Notes: a model not told the origin generated them from the letters alone. Counted from the stretch's first letter, positions 12,350-21,886 are shown. The stretch: 64,000 bases of DNA from Escherichia coli (GCF_024700885.2 NZ_CP117016.1), one strand, 5' to 3'. Made by a program: numbers and translations.

Positions 12350-13006
12350 TCACCCCTGGGGCGGTTCTGGTAGCGGCATCCAGTGGGTTACCTCCATGCG
12401 GCACCCATCATCCGACGTAAACCACGAACGATCGTCCGCACTGAACCAGCCAATCCGGATATAACCCCACACATCGAAGAAAAGTACGTCGTGATTATTA
12501 TCCGGCATTCGATCACTACAGCTTATCCAACCATCAGGAGTTACCGGAGAGTTGCCACCGGGAATATTTTCCGGAATATTTTGTTGTGCGTTTTGTGGTT
12601 GTTCGGATTTACCCTGAAGCATGGCGGCGCGGCAGGCGTTCCAGCCAGCTGTTCGCCCAAGCGCGTAAACTTCAGATGGCTCAAGATAATCAATGTCATG
12701 CCCATCCTCATCGTCGTTCTCAGGTAATGCAGCAGGTACTACCGGTACTGGCGGAGCGGCGTAGACTTCAATAATCCCATTATCAATAGGCCATTCCCCA
12801 TCCTTGATGTAGTCACTTGTGCCGTCAACTTGCTGTTCTGCAATGTGGAATGCGCCAATAGGCTCTGCTTCCAGCGATGCCAGTGCAATACGCAGGGCAG
12901 CCAGGATATTCCCCTGGTAATCATCAAGCCCGAAAGGAAGCTCATCACGAATGCTTTCATAATCGTTGATAGCCTGCTGCAGCCATTCTCTTGTGATAGT
13001 GCTCAT
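12350..13006 (-). CDS. Early-left accessory protein with C-terminal DUF551-like domain
   Basis: 218-aa ORF; C-terminus WISCSDRMPD...THWMPLPEPP is typical of prophage DUF551 proteins; stop overlaps the next gene start. Confidence 0.6.
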   Translation of the reverse strand: MSTITREWLQQAINDYESIRDELPFGLDDYQGNILAALRIALASLEAEPIGAFHIAEQQVDGTSDYIKDGEWPIDNGIIEVYAAPPVPVVPAALPENDDEDGHDIDYLEPSEVYALGRTAGWNACRAAMLQGKSEQPQNAQQNIPENIPGGNSPVTPDGWISCSDRMPDNNHDVLFFDVWGYIRIGWFSADDRSWFTSDDGCRMEVTHWMPLPEPPQG

Positions 13007-13671
13007 GATGCCTCTCCTTTACATGCTTCGGTGACGTTTATTCCAGCGTTGTGCAGTGCCTCAAGAACCTGATGCTGCCTGTAAACCATTTCAGTGTGGT
13101 AAGGCTCGTCAAAATCGACGCGATGCAACATGCTATAGCATTGCGGAAGCACAACCTCCCGCAACTCCAGCTCAGCAATGCGCTTCTCTGCGGCTTCCAG
13201 CTTCTCGCGCATATCGTCAACGTACTCGACCAGAGATCCGCCAGCAGGAATTTCGCACTCCTCGACCAGTTGGAAGTAGATATCAGCTGCGGCCCGTGTG
13301 TTGCTATGCCTAGCGTCGCCCATCTCACCTTCACGAAGAGCACCGCGTTCGGCGGTAAGATTGGCTATTTTGCTGTCTTTGCCTTCAAGCTCAACGCGCA
13401 GCTTCCCTACCGTTAGCGCAATATCCTCGTTCTCCTGGTCACGGCGTTTGATGTATTGCTGGTTTCTTTCCCGTTCATCCAGTAGTGCCAGCACGGTTTC
13501 TGGTCCGGCCAGAAATTTGAAGGCGTTGAGCGCATCAATATCCACACCGTAATCTTTAAGTTCCTGTTCACTTAACAAATCATCATCAGCTGGCAACATT
13601 AACAGGCGTTCCATTGCTGGAATTGCACGTTTCGCCGCCTCACGCAGTGCCTGATAGTCAATCTTGCTCAC
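13003..13671 (-). CDS. Ead/Ea22-like hypothetical protein, paralog A
   Basis: 222-aa ORF with N-terminal MSKIDYQALREAA motif shared with the adjacent gene; overlapping start/stop. Confidence 0.6.
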   Translation of the reverse strand: MSKIDYQALREAAKRAIPAMERLLMLPADDDLLSEQELKDYGVDIDALNAFKFLAGPETVLALLDERERNQQYIKRRDQENEDIALTVGKLRVELEGKDSKIANLTAERGALREGEMGDARHSNTRAAADIYFQLVEECEIPAGGSLVEYVDDMREKLEAAEKRIAELELREVVLPQCYSMLHRVDFDEPYHTEMVYRQHQVLEALHNAGINVTEACKGEAS

Positions 13672-14264
13672 TGGTTGCCTCCTTTTCGAAGCTGGGCGGC
13701 GATATCTTCGAGAACGCCATCAGAGAATGAGCGGTCAAAATCGCCTTCCGGCGCATTAGCCATAAACTCAGTAGAGGTAAGAATCATCCGGGCAATATCC
13801 GCGGCGTTCTTCGCAGTATCATCAATAAAACCAGCTTCCCAGGCAGCCAGCATTCTGTTCGCCACAAAATAAGCGCCTTCCTTGCGTGCTTCAGTCTTCA
13901 CTTCAGCTAGAAAAGCATCGGTAGCTGGAGTTTCGCTGTGGTGCAGGGCATCGTTGATAATCATTGCAGCAACTCCGGCCTGCCCTGCATCCGTGACCGA
14001 CACATGCTCAAGAGTTACGGCCATTGCGTGTTTCAGCCCGGCGTTCTCTGCCACCAGCGCCGCGAGATTAGTCTCAAGCTCTGCAATACGGCACATAGCA
14101 TCAATATTTGTGTCTTCCAGCCGCTTAATTTCATCCAGTAGAGCCAGTGCCACCGATGGCGTGAACGCCATACGAAACGCCACAAAATTTTGATGCATAG
14201 GTTCTGTTTCTACTGCAACTGCCGCATCTCGCAGTGCCTGATAGTCAATTGTCATTCTCGCCAT
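13668..14264 (-). CDS. Ead/Ea22-like hypothetical protein, paralog B
   Basis: 198-aa ORF with N-terminal [12 protein letters not shown] motif (compare paralog A). Confidence 0.6.
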   Translation of the reverse strand: MARMTIDYQALRDAAVAVETEPMHQNFVAFRMAFTPSVALALLDEIKRLEDTNIDAMCRIAELETNLAALVAENAGLKHAMAVTLEHVSVTDAGQAGVAAMIINDALHHSETPATDAFLAEVKTEARKEGAYFVANRMLAAWEAGFIDDTAKNAADIARMILTSTEFMANAPEGDFDRSFSDGVLEDIAAQLRKGGNQ

Positions 14265-14896
14265 CCTTCACAGTTGTAATCACGACAGCCTTCAAAATCA
14301 TATGGGCTGTACTGCCAGGTAATTTTTCCGCAATGCGGACAATTCCAACGCACCTTCCCGCTTCGCGACTTCTTTCTTCTGTTCTGCTTTTTCAACCAGT
14401 CAGGCATGACCAAACCTGCGCCCTGAACCATTGTTCTGCGGTTAAAGTTATTGATATTGAACGTCCGGCGCTTTGCTGAATCAGCAATGGAAAATGGCAA
14501 CCAAACTATTCCTGGTTCGTTTTTGTTGGCGACGCTAAAGATGGTCGCTTTACTGAAGTCATCTGTTGGCAATCCACCGTGTTGAAGCCAGTAAACATCG
14601 TTGCCGTTCCAGCTACCTTTTTTGTAGGCCACATACGCAGTGCAATCTGACTCAATCAGGCTTTCTGTAGGGATGTACTGGCAATCAACGTGCCACACTG
14701 CCATTGCATCCACGCTATCCGCGCAAACAGGCTGATCGATATCTCGCCCACAATTCCAGGCTTTTTGGGCTTCTTCCAGCGTGTAAACATGAGCGCGATC
14801 GATATCAGAACTGTAACCATTGCCGTTATGGCAATGGAATGAAGCGTTATTGCCCACAGTTTCACGCGAGCACATCATGTAAAAACGGTTAGTCAC
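14252..14896 (-). CDS. Hypothetical Cys-rich early protein
   Basis: Track ORF 14252..14917; C-terminal CPHCG...CRDYNCEGW Cys cluster; start moved to a GTG at 14896 that is preceded by AGGAGG. Confidence 0.5.
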   Translation of the reverse strand: MTNRFYMMCSRETVGNNASFHCHNGNGYSSDIDRAHVYTLEEAQKAWNCGRDIDQPVCADSVDAMAVWHVDCQYIPTESLIESDCTAYVAYKKGSWNGNDVYWLQHGGLPTDDFSKATIFSVANKNEPGIVWLPFSIADSAKRRTFNINNFNRRTMVQGAGLVMPDWLKKQNRRKKSRSGKVRWNCPHCGKITWQYSPYDFEGCRDYNCEGWRE

Positions 14897-15076
14897 TGGC
14901 TGCCTCCTTTGCGCCACATCGCATTCAGATATTTGTTTTCATTCACTGATGGAAAAGAATTTCTCTTAAGTAATTCCTCTCTCGATGGCATTGGCTTTAC
15001 GCGTTGGCGAATAATCATTTCTGCCGGAAGAATGCCGGGATTGTATGCAAGTCCTCTCATGGTAAATTACTCTTTG

Positions 15077-15391
15077 TTAATTTATTTGTATGCCTGCTCT
15101 TTCTTCATCGAGTTTTTTTAGCTTGTATCGCATAGCTCTTACTGAATAAATTGAGCGGCAGGTTGCAATTGCTATTTCTTCTGCGGAGAACTTACCGAAA
15201 AGTGATACTTCGGCTCTTGTCCATCGTCTTCCACGAAGTCGGCTAACAATGTCAGCGCCAATCCTTGTTGCTTTCGCCATTACTGCTTTTTCAGTCCTTT
15301 CCAGTTTTTCAGCGATAACTTCAACTGGCATTGTCGCCGCCACTTCGCGCAAGAAATCGACTTCCCATTTCTCCCATGGAGTCTTTTTCAT
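15077..15391 (-). CDS. Hypothetical protein with two internal Myb/SANT-like repeats
   Basis: 104-aa ORF with internal duplication (WEKWEVDFLREVAATMPVEVIAEKL / WTRAEVSLFGKFSAEEIAIATCRS). Confidence 0.55.
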   Translation of the reverse strand: MKKTPWEKWEVDFLREVAATMPVEVIAEKLERTEKAVMAKATRIGADIVSRLRGRRWTRAEVSLFGKFSAEEIAIATCRSIYSVRAMRYKLKKLDEERAGIQIN

Positions 15392-15402
15392 AGGCGATAC
15401 CG

Positions 15403-15891
15403 TTATTTGATAAGAAGTGAAGGTTTCCCAACTTTGAGTTGAGCACCGGGGATATTTATTCCTGCTTTTAGTTGGTGTTTGATTGCCAGTTTGTCGGCTT
15501 TAATTGTCGTTTCAAACTCAACGTATTCAGGAGGAAGGGTGCTTGAGTCGATGATTTCTACAGTTTCTGACGGTTTGCGGATTGTTACCTGGTGAATACC
15601 TGCTCGAATCTTTTTCTTGCCAACCATTTCAAGCGATGACGCTATATACGCCATAATGCTGTCAATCTTATTTTGAATTACTGCGGCTCGCTCATTTAGT
15701 GACTTTGCCTCGTCCTTGAGGCGTTCAGCATAACCAGATTCATTTTTAATAATGGCAAGAAGTTGCTCTATTTTATCGGTAAATTCTCCTTCCATGCCTT
15801 CTATTGTGTCAGCAATCATCTCTGGCTCTAAATCTGAATCCATCAATTTTGCGTATTCATTGGCTATTTCATATAGTTTGCTCACTGGCAA
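15403..15891 (-). CDS. Gp157-like phage protein
   Basis: 162-aa coiled-coil-rich ORF immediately downstream of RecT; resembles Siphovirus Gp157 family. Confidence 0.55.
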   Translation of the reverse strand: MPVSKLYEIANEYAKLMDSDLEPEMIADTIEGMEGEFTDKIEQLLAIIKNESGYAERLKDEAKSLNERAAVIQNKIDSIMAYIASSLEMVGKKKIRAGIHQVTIRKPSETVEIIDSSTLPPEYVEFETTIKADKLAIKHQLKAGINIPGAQLKVGKPSLLIK

Positions 15892-16771
15892 CCTCCAGTT
15901 TCGCTTTGCATTCTATGTAAATGGCTTGTACGTTCTGCTGCAATTTCATTCCAGATGTCAGGCGATATGCTTCTGCAAAATATCGCTTCAAATCATCCAT
16001 GTTTTCTGCCTGAGCCATTTCATCACAAAGAAGTTGTGCTTTTTCCATAATTTCCTGCTGGCGTTTCCGTTCATCTTCGCGGATATATTCCTCTGATTTG
16101 TGCGGCATAACTGGTTCAGTCCACACACCTTCTTCTTCGTTTAGTACGTGAATAGCACTATCAAGACGTGATGCCTTAGGCCAATACTTGCTTGCACGCT
16201 TTACGACCGTCTTTCGCGCCATCTCTTCCCAGAATGTTTTCCACGGTCCATTCTTTGCCTTGCTCGTTGCTTCCACAGCTTTAATTTCTGCCAGACTCAT
16301 TTCTTCAGTCAGGTAGTCACCATCTGCTGTTTTAACCGTGCAATAACCACCAACAATAGAGCCTCGCTCACCAAATGCGTTGTATTTGTGGGTTGGTGCT
16401 GAATCAAGACCGTTTGATTCATAGGTGTCGTTTGAGTACACCAGTTTGCATTGCCCCCACTTAATTGATCCTGTCGACTGTGCAAGGTGAAGTAATCCCA
16501 TGTAACTGATATCAAGGCACACCATGCCGTCGCGAGGAACCAGATAAGCCAGTTTGCTGGCCGGGTTTAAGGTGATGCCGATCGCCGCAACGTTGATGAT
16601 AGCGTTCTGTGCGCTGGTCGGATTTGCCAGTGCCGTTTTAGCCAGGTAATCATTTTTCTGGAAATACTGAATTGCAAACTGGCTTTCCTTAGCCCATGTC
16701 ACCGTCTGTTCAGTCAATGCTCCGCAGAATAACTGCTCCTGCTGTTTAACGAATTCAACGATATTGCTCAT
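15869..16771 (-). CDS. recT: RecT-family single-strand annealing recombinase
   Basis: 300-aa ORF with RecT-like core (GYCTVKTADGDY...EEMARKTVVKRASKYWP); occupies the lambda bet position. Confidence 0.8.
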   Translation of the reverse strand: MSNIVEFVKQQEQLFCGALTEQTVTWAKESQFAIQYFQKNDYLAKTALANPTSAQNAIINVAAIGITLNPASKLAYLVPRDGMVCLDISYMGLLHLAQSTGSIKWGQCKLVYSNDTYESNGLDSAPTHKYNAFGERGSIVGGYCTVKTADGDYLTEEMSLAEIKAVEATSKAKNGPWKTFWEEMARKTVVKRASKYWPKASRLDSAIHVLNEEEGVWTEPVMPHKSEEYIREDERKRQQEIMEKAQLLCDEMAQAENMDDLKRYFAEAYRLTSGMKLQQNVQAIYIECKAKLEVASEQTI

Positions 16772-17079
16772 GCTGCTTCTCCATAAATGTGTCTGCGTTT
16801 GAATATTGCGAAGGCATATTCAGCCTTAACTCTTTCGGTTATTGCATCCCAGAACCATTCAGCGGCTTTTTCCTGATAGTTACAGTCATCATCTTCCAGC
16901 CAGTCGATAGCGTCCTTAGTGTGTTCATCTGGTTTATATGAGCGAAGCATTTCGCTTATTGGGTCGCAACGTTTGCAGAGGCGATCAACTTCACTGTTGA
17001 TTCGTTCGTAATCTTCATCAGTAAAACTTGCGATTATTTGCGATATTTCACGCTTATCATTCAGAGTCAGAATCATCAT
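16768..17079 (-). CDS. Hypothetical early protein (103 aa)
   Basis: ORF with overlapping stop/start to recT. Confidence 0.5.
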   Translation of the reverse strand: MMILTLNDKREISQIIASFTDEDYERINSEVDRLCKRCDPISEMLRSYKPDEHTKDAIDWLEDDDCNYQEKAAEWFWDAITERVKAEYAFAIFKRRHIYGEAA

Positions 17080-17160
17080 CTTTCTCCTGTTCTTTGTGCT
17101 GATTGAGCATTTTGTTCATCTGACGAATGAATTCTTCGTCTGACCAGTTATCTGTAAAAC

Positions 17161-17313
17161 TCATTTCCTGCGATACCACGGAAGGTTGATAGCTGATTTC
17201 ATCTCTTTATTTGCTTCAAGCCACATTTTGGAATCACCAATAAATCTGGCTATTACTGCTTTGTTTTGTGCCGCACGAAGCATCTGGTGATTGATGGCTA
17301 TTTCATTGCGCAT
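17161..17313 (-). CDS. Kil-like small protein (50 aa), not in ORF track
   Basis: Hand translation MRNEIAINHQMLRAAQNKAVIARFIGDSKMWLEANKEMKSAINLPWYRRK; FIGD-containing small protein adjacent to the cIII-like gene, as kil is in lambda. Confidence 0.4.
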   Translation of the reverse strand: MRNEIAINHQMLRAAQNKAVIARFIGDSKMWLEANKEMKSAINLPWYRRK

Positions 17314-17432
17314 AACGCCTCCAGTTGTTTCTTTGCTGCTCTGATTAATTGTTTAACTCGGCGTGATAATTCAGATTCGTGCGGGTAGAAAGCGGACATG
17401 ACGCCGCTACCCGCGAGCTGAAAGTGCATCAT
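17298..17432 (-). CDS. cIII-like protease inhibitor (short)
   Basis: Internal start of ORF 17298..17537: MMHFQLAGSGVMSAFYPHESELSRRVKQLIRAAKKQLEALCAMK, pattern-similar to lambda CIII; preceded by GGAG. Confidence 0.45.
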   Translation of the reverse strand: MMHFQLAGSGVMSAFYPHESELSRRVKQLIRAAKKQLEALCAMK

Positions 17433-17496
17433 GGGTAACTCCTTATATTTGATTGCATAACGAAAACGCCTCGAGTGAAGCGTTATTGGTATGCAT

Positions 17497-17520
17497 ATAA
17501 AAAGGCCCTCACACTGGAGG
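17497..17520 (-). terminator. Putative leftward intrinsic terminator (tL-like)
   Basis: Hairpin GCCCTC-ACACTG-GAGGGC followed on the minus strand by a U-run. Confidence 0.35.
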
Positions 17521-17605
17521 GCAAAGAAGAGTTCCAATAATCAGAACAAGTCGGCTCCTGTTTAGTTACGAGCGACATTGCTCACATAGCAGACTCGTAA
17601 ATCTG

Positions 17606-17767
17606 CTATAGGCGCTTATTCGCATCGCATGACAACATCAAATTTTTCGAGATTACTTTGTCGCAACAATCCTTCTTCTACGCGGTCAGCTTTTCTATAA
17701 TTATCAAATTCGAAATGTTTAATTACTTCTTTTGTTTCTCGCTCTATAACTTCAACAATGTATTTCT
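17606..17767 (-). CDS. Small hypothetical protein (53 aa), not in ORF track
   Basis: Hand translation from ATG at 17767: MMNKKYIVEVIERETKEVIKHFEFDNYRKADRVEEGLLRQSNLEKFDVVMRCE; fills an otherwise unexplained gap; AT-rich. Confidence 0.3.
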
Positions 17768-17773
17768 TATTCA

Positions 17774-18070
17774 TCATTCTTCCCCAAGAGCTTTTCTGAT
17801 TGCTGCAAGACCTTTATTAACAGCTCCATACCATTCTGGATATGTTGTCGTTGTTCTATTTTTGGTTTGCTTAAGTAATAACTGAAGTGCTTCGAGAAGG
17901 TCAGGTGCTGCCGCTATTAGATTGGCATCTTCAATGCATTGAACTTCCTCACAGATTGCAATATACGAACGCCAGCCTGCGCCATTTTCAAGTGAGTCTG
18001 CCTGGATGATTTTAATCTCATCGCCATCCATCATTATTTCCCACTTACCTTCAGTACCTTTAAATTCCAT
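17774..18070 (-). CDS. Hypothetical early protein (98 aa)
   Basis: ORF between N and the cIII-like gene. Confidence 0.5.
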   Translation of the reverse strand: MEFKGTEGKWEIMMDGDEIKIIQADSLENGAGWRSYIAICEEVQCIEDANLIAAAPDLLEALQLLLKQTKNRTTTTYPEWYGAVNKGLAAIRKALGEE

Positions 18071-18109
18071 GTTAGCCTCTGTTGTTTATGCCAAAAATGA
18101 AGGCCACCA

Positions 18110-18361
18110 TCAGGCAGCCTTGTTGTAAATGTTGCAGGTATCAAGTAAGTAATTAGATGGAGCGCCATAAATTATGAATTCATCGTTTGTCGGGTCCATC
18201 TCCATCTCTTGGCCTATTGCCATTCTTGCGTCAGTGTCATCAGCGGCGAAACATAAAACAGCCCACGCACCCATTGTTTTAAAAAGAACTGCAATTGGCT
18301 GTGGTTTTACTGAATTTGCGTTAGCGCGAAAATCACAAATCGCACTTTCATGAAATTCCAT
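18110..18361 (-). CDS. Hypothetical early protein (83 aa), Ral position
   Basis: ORF immediately downstream of N in the leftward operon. Confidence 0.5.
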   Translation of the reverse strand: MEFHESAICDFRANANSVKPQPIAVLFKTMGAWAVLCFAADDTDARMAIGQEMEMDPTNDEFIIYGAPSNYLLDTCNIYNKAA

Positions 18362-18369
18362 ATCTCACC

Positions 18370-18696
18370 TCAAATAAGTGGTTTGCTGCCTAATTTCATT
18401 TTCTGGCGACCAACACAAGTCACGCCCATTTCACTGCGTGGCTTGCTGTACCATGTGCGCTGATTCTTGCGCTCAATACGTTGCAGGTTGCTTTCAATCT
18501 GTTCGTGGTATTCAGCCAGCGCCGTAAGGTCTATCGGATTCAGTGCGCTTTCTACTCGTGATTTCGGTTTGCGATTCAGCGAGAGAATAGGGCGGCTAAC
18601 TGGTTTTGCGCTTACCCCAACCAACAGGGGATTTGCTGCTTTCCATTGAGCCTGTTTCTCTGCGCGACGTTCGCGGCGGCGTGTTTGTGCATCCAT
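18370..18696 (-). CDS. N: Antitermination protein N
   Basis: Internal start of track ORF: MDAQTRRRERRAEKQAQWKAANPLLVGVSAKPV..., the arginine-rich motif of lambda/434 N. Confidence 0.9.
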   Translation of the reverse strand: MDAQTRRRERRAEKQAQWKAANPLLVGVSAKPVSRPILSLNRKPKSRVESALNPIDLTALAEYHEQIESNLQRIERKNQRTWYSKPRSEMGVTCVGRQKMKLGSKPLI

Positions 18697-18858
18697 CTGG
18701 ATTCTCCTGTCAGTTAGCTTTGGTGGTGTGGTAGGTGGGAGACCCATTTCGACCTGCTTCGGCCGACTTCAATTCGGCAATAGTTCCGCAGGCCTCGCCG
18801 CTTTACGTGCGACATATTCCCATCCATGAACCCTTCACCACACCCCAAAGCCTTCTGC

Positions 18859-18889
18859 TTTGAATGCTGCCCTTCTTCAGGGCTAAATT
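18859..18889 (-). promoter_or_regulatory. nutL: nutL (boxB hairpin GCCCTGAAGAAGGGC on the transcribed strand, plus boxA-like element)
   Basis: Plus strand shows GCCCTTCTTCAGGGC at 18859..18873, upstream of N in the leftward transcript. Confidence 0.6.
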
Positions 18890-18944
18890 TTTAAGAGCCT
18901 CACCTTCAATGGTGGTTAGTGCGTCCTGCTGATGGCTTAAAATT

Positions 18945-19012
18945 ACAAGAAAGATTGTATGTTGTAAACAAGAAATATTGTAAAAATGGGCGTGAAAAAC
19001 AAACTCCATTGT
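18945..19012. promoter_or_regulatory. OL operator cluster / pL region (three 434-type ACAA-N6-TTGT sites)
   Basis: ACAAGAAAGATTGT (18945..18958), ACAAGAAATATTGT (18968..18981), ACAAACTCCATTGT (18999..19012). Confidence 0.6.
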
Positions 19013-19062
19013 TTTTAAACGGAAAATAGTTTGTTTTTTGGTTGTCGAAATTGAGGTGAGGA

Positions 19063-20415
<1,353 letters not shown>

Positions 20416-20424
20416 GACATTCCC

Positions 20425-20456
20425 GCTCTTACACATCCCAGCCCTGAAAAAGGGCA
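20425..20456 (+). promoter_or_regulatory. nutR: nutR (boxA CGCTCTTA, boxB GCCCTGAAAAAGGGC)
   Basis: boxA at 20425..20432 and boxB hairpin at 20442..20456 downstream of cro. Confidence 0.7.
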
Positions 20457-20534
20457 TCAAATTAAACCACACCTATGGTGTATGCATTTATTTGCATACA
20501 TTCAATCAATTGTTATCTAAGGAAATACTTACAT

Positions 20535-20813
20535 ATGCAACTTACAAGTACTCGCAAGAAAGCGAATGCAATTACAAGCAACATCCTGAATCGAATTGCT
20601 GTACGTGGTCAGCGAAAGGTTGCCGACGCGTTAGGGGTTAATGAATCGCAAATTTCGCGATGGAAAGACAGCTTCATCCCCAAAATGGGAATGCTTCTGG
20701 CTGTTCTTGAATGGGGTGTTGAAGACGAGGAGTTGGCGGAACTGGCTAAGAAAGTAGCCAGAATGCTGACAAAAGAAAAAGCCCCGAAGAACGGCGAATT
20801 CTTCGAGGCCTAA
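20535..20813 (+). CDS. cII: cII-like transcriptional activator
   Basis: Internal start MQLTSTRKKANAITSNILNRIAVRGQRKVADALGVNESQISRWKDSFIPKMGMLLAVLEWGV, similar to lambda CII (SQISRWK...LLAVLEWGV). Confidence 0.8.
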   Translation: MQLTSTRKKANAITSNILNRIAVRGQRKVADALGVNESQISRWKDSFIPKMGMLLAVLEWGVEDEELAELAKKVARMLTKEKAPKNGEFFEA

Positions 20814-20847
20814 TGTAGAAAGACTGGATCAATCCACGGGAGTAATT

Positions 20848-21009
20848 ATGACAAAACGTCGTAAGAAATACCAGGAAAAAGAAGAGATTCGACACCCTGA
20901 TTCACCTGAGGGATTAGTGGTAGCCGCAGCAAATAACAGGGCGTTCGCAGAGCGCCTTGTTGGTGTTTACAGACTAGCCAAAGCAGGAGTGAAACATGGG
21001 CGTCGTTAA
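20848..21009 (+). CDS. Small basic hypothetical protein (53 aa), not in ORF track
   Basis: ATG at 20848 preceded by GGGAG; MTKRRKKYQEKEEIRHPDSPEGLVVAAANNRAFAERLVGVYRLAKAGVKHGRR; overlaps start of the O-like gene. Confidence 0.3.
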   Translation: MTKRRKKYQEKEEIRHPDSPEGLVVAAANNRAFAERLVGVYRLAKAGVKHGRR

Positions 21010-21886
21010 GTTAGCTGATTACAGGCATAACCCTGTACAACATCAGGAGGCATCCAGTATGGGGTATGTCTCTATACACCGCCAGTTTATGGACAGCAGG
21101 CTCTATAAGGACTCTCAGGCAGTACATCTTTGGCTTCACTTAATCCTCAAGGCTAATCACGAATCTACTGTCGTCAATACGGTTATCGGGCCGATAACTG
21201 TTGATCGCGGTCAGATGATAACTGGACGCCCGTCGCTGGTCAGAGAAACATTCATCCCCGACAACAAAGTTAGGAGCTTATTGCGGACTTTTGAGTCGAA
21301 AGGGATGCTTAATATTTGCTCGATGGGGAAGAAATTTAGCCTGTTTACAATCGTTAAATATGACGATTTTCAGGCAAAAAATTGTCCAACGGTTGTCCAA
21401 CGGTTGTCCAACGCAAACACCAGTAATGGCGCGGCTCTCAGCGGAGATTGTCCAACGGTTGTCCAACGGTTGTCCATAAACAATAATATAAATAATATCT
21501 CTAATACTGACGTATTAGAGAGTACCGCAGCAGACAAAAAGTCTGACAAGAAAAAACCTTCCGTCAGCTGTCAGGATGTTGTCGATGCTTACCACGAAAT
21601 CCTTCCTGAAGCGCCAAGAATCCGCGCACTGAATGACAAGCGTAAAAACCAGATCCGAACGTTCTGGCGCAAAGCCGGAGTGATAACCCGACAGCTTGAC
21701 GGGCATGGGTTCACGATGCAGGACTGGAGAAATTATTTGAGCTACGTAGGCGAAAATTGCCGATGGATGTTCGAAGAACGCCCAAACCATCAACGCGGAA
21801 CCGTCTGGCACAAAAAGGGATTTGATTTCCTGCTTAACGACAATACCTACCTGAAAGTTCGTGAGGGTGAACATGATGACCGATAA
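20996..21886 (+). CDS. Replication initiator (lambda O-like) with internal origin
   Basis: 296-aa ORF preceding the DnaB-like helicase; contains iteron array and AT-rich tract within the coding sequence, as for ori-lambda in O. Start codon uncertain. Confidence 0.65.
   Translation: MGVVKLADYRHNPVQHQEASSMGYVSIHRQFMDSRLYKDSQAVHLWLHLILKANHESTVVNTVIGPITVDRGQMITGRPSLVRETFIPDNKVRSLLRTFESKGMLNICSMGKKFSLFTIVKYDDFQAKNCPTVVQRLSNANTSNGAALSGDCPTVVQRLSINNNINNISNTDVLESTAADKKSDKKKPSVSCQDVVDAYHEILPEAPRIRALNDKRKNQIRTFWRKAGVITRQLDGHGFTMQDWRNYLSYVGENCRWMFEERPNHQRGTVWHKKGFDFLLNDNTYLKVREGEHDDR
21382..21479. repeat. ori: Origin iterons: six direct repeats of TTGTCCAACGG in two triplets, followed by AT-rich tract
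   Basis: Repeats at 21382, 21393, 21404 and 21448, 21459, 21470; AT-rich segment 21477..21520. Confidence 0.8.

Noticed and set aside
14894-15060. Possible 55-aa minus-strand ORF filling the gap between the 104-aa and Cys-rich early genes
   Set aside because: Weak RBS, no recognisable features and overlap with the probable SD/start of the downstream gene; left unannotated pending conservation evidence.
17658-17885. Plus-strand 75-aa ORF with low-complexity hydrophobic translation
   Set aside because: It lies antisense to the minus-strand early operon in an AT-rich region and has a nonsensical composition (FFCFSLYNFNNVFL); likely spurious.
21382-21479. Possible CRISPR array (short direct repeats)
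   Set aside because: Repeats are only 11 bp, contiguous without spacers, lie inside a replication initiator gene and are followed by an AT-rich tract: origin iterons, not CRISPR. No CRISPR arrays or cas genes were seen in the window.
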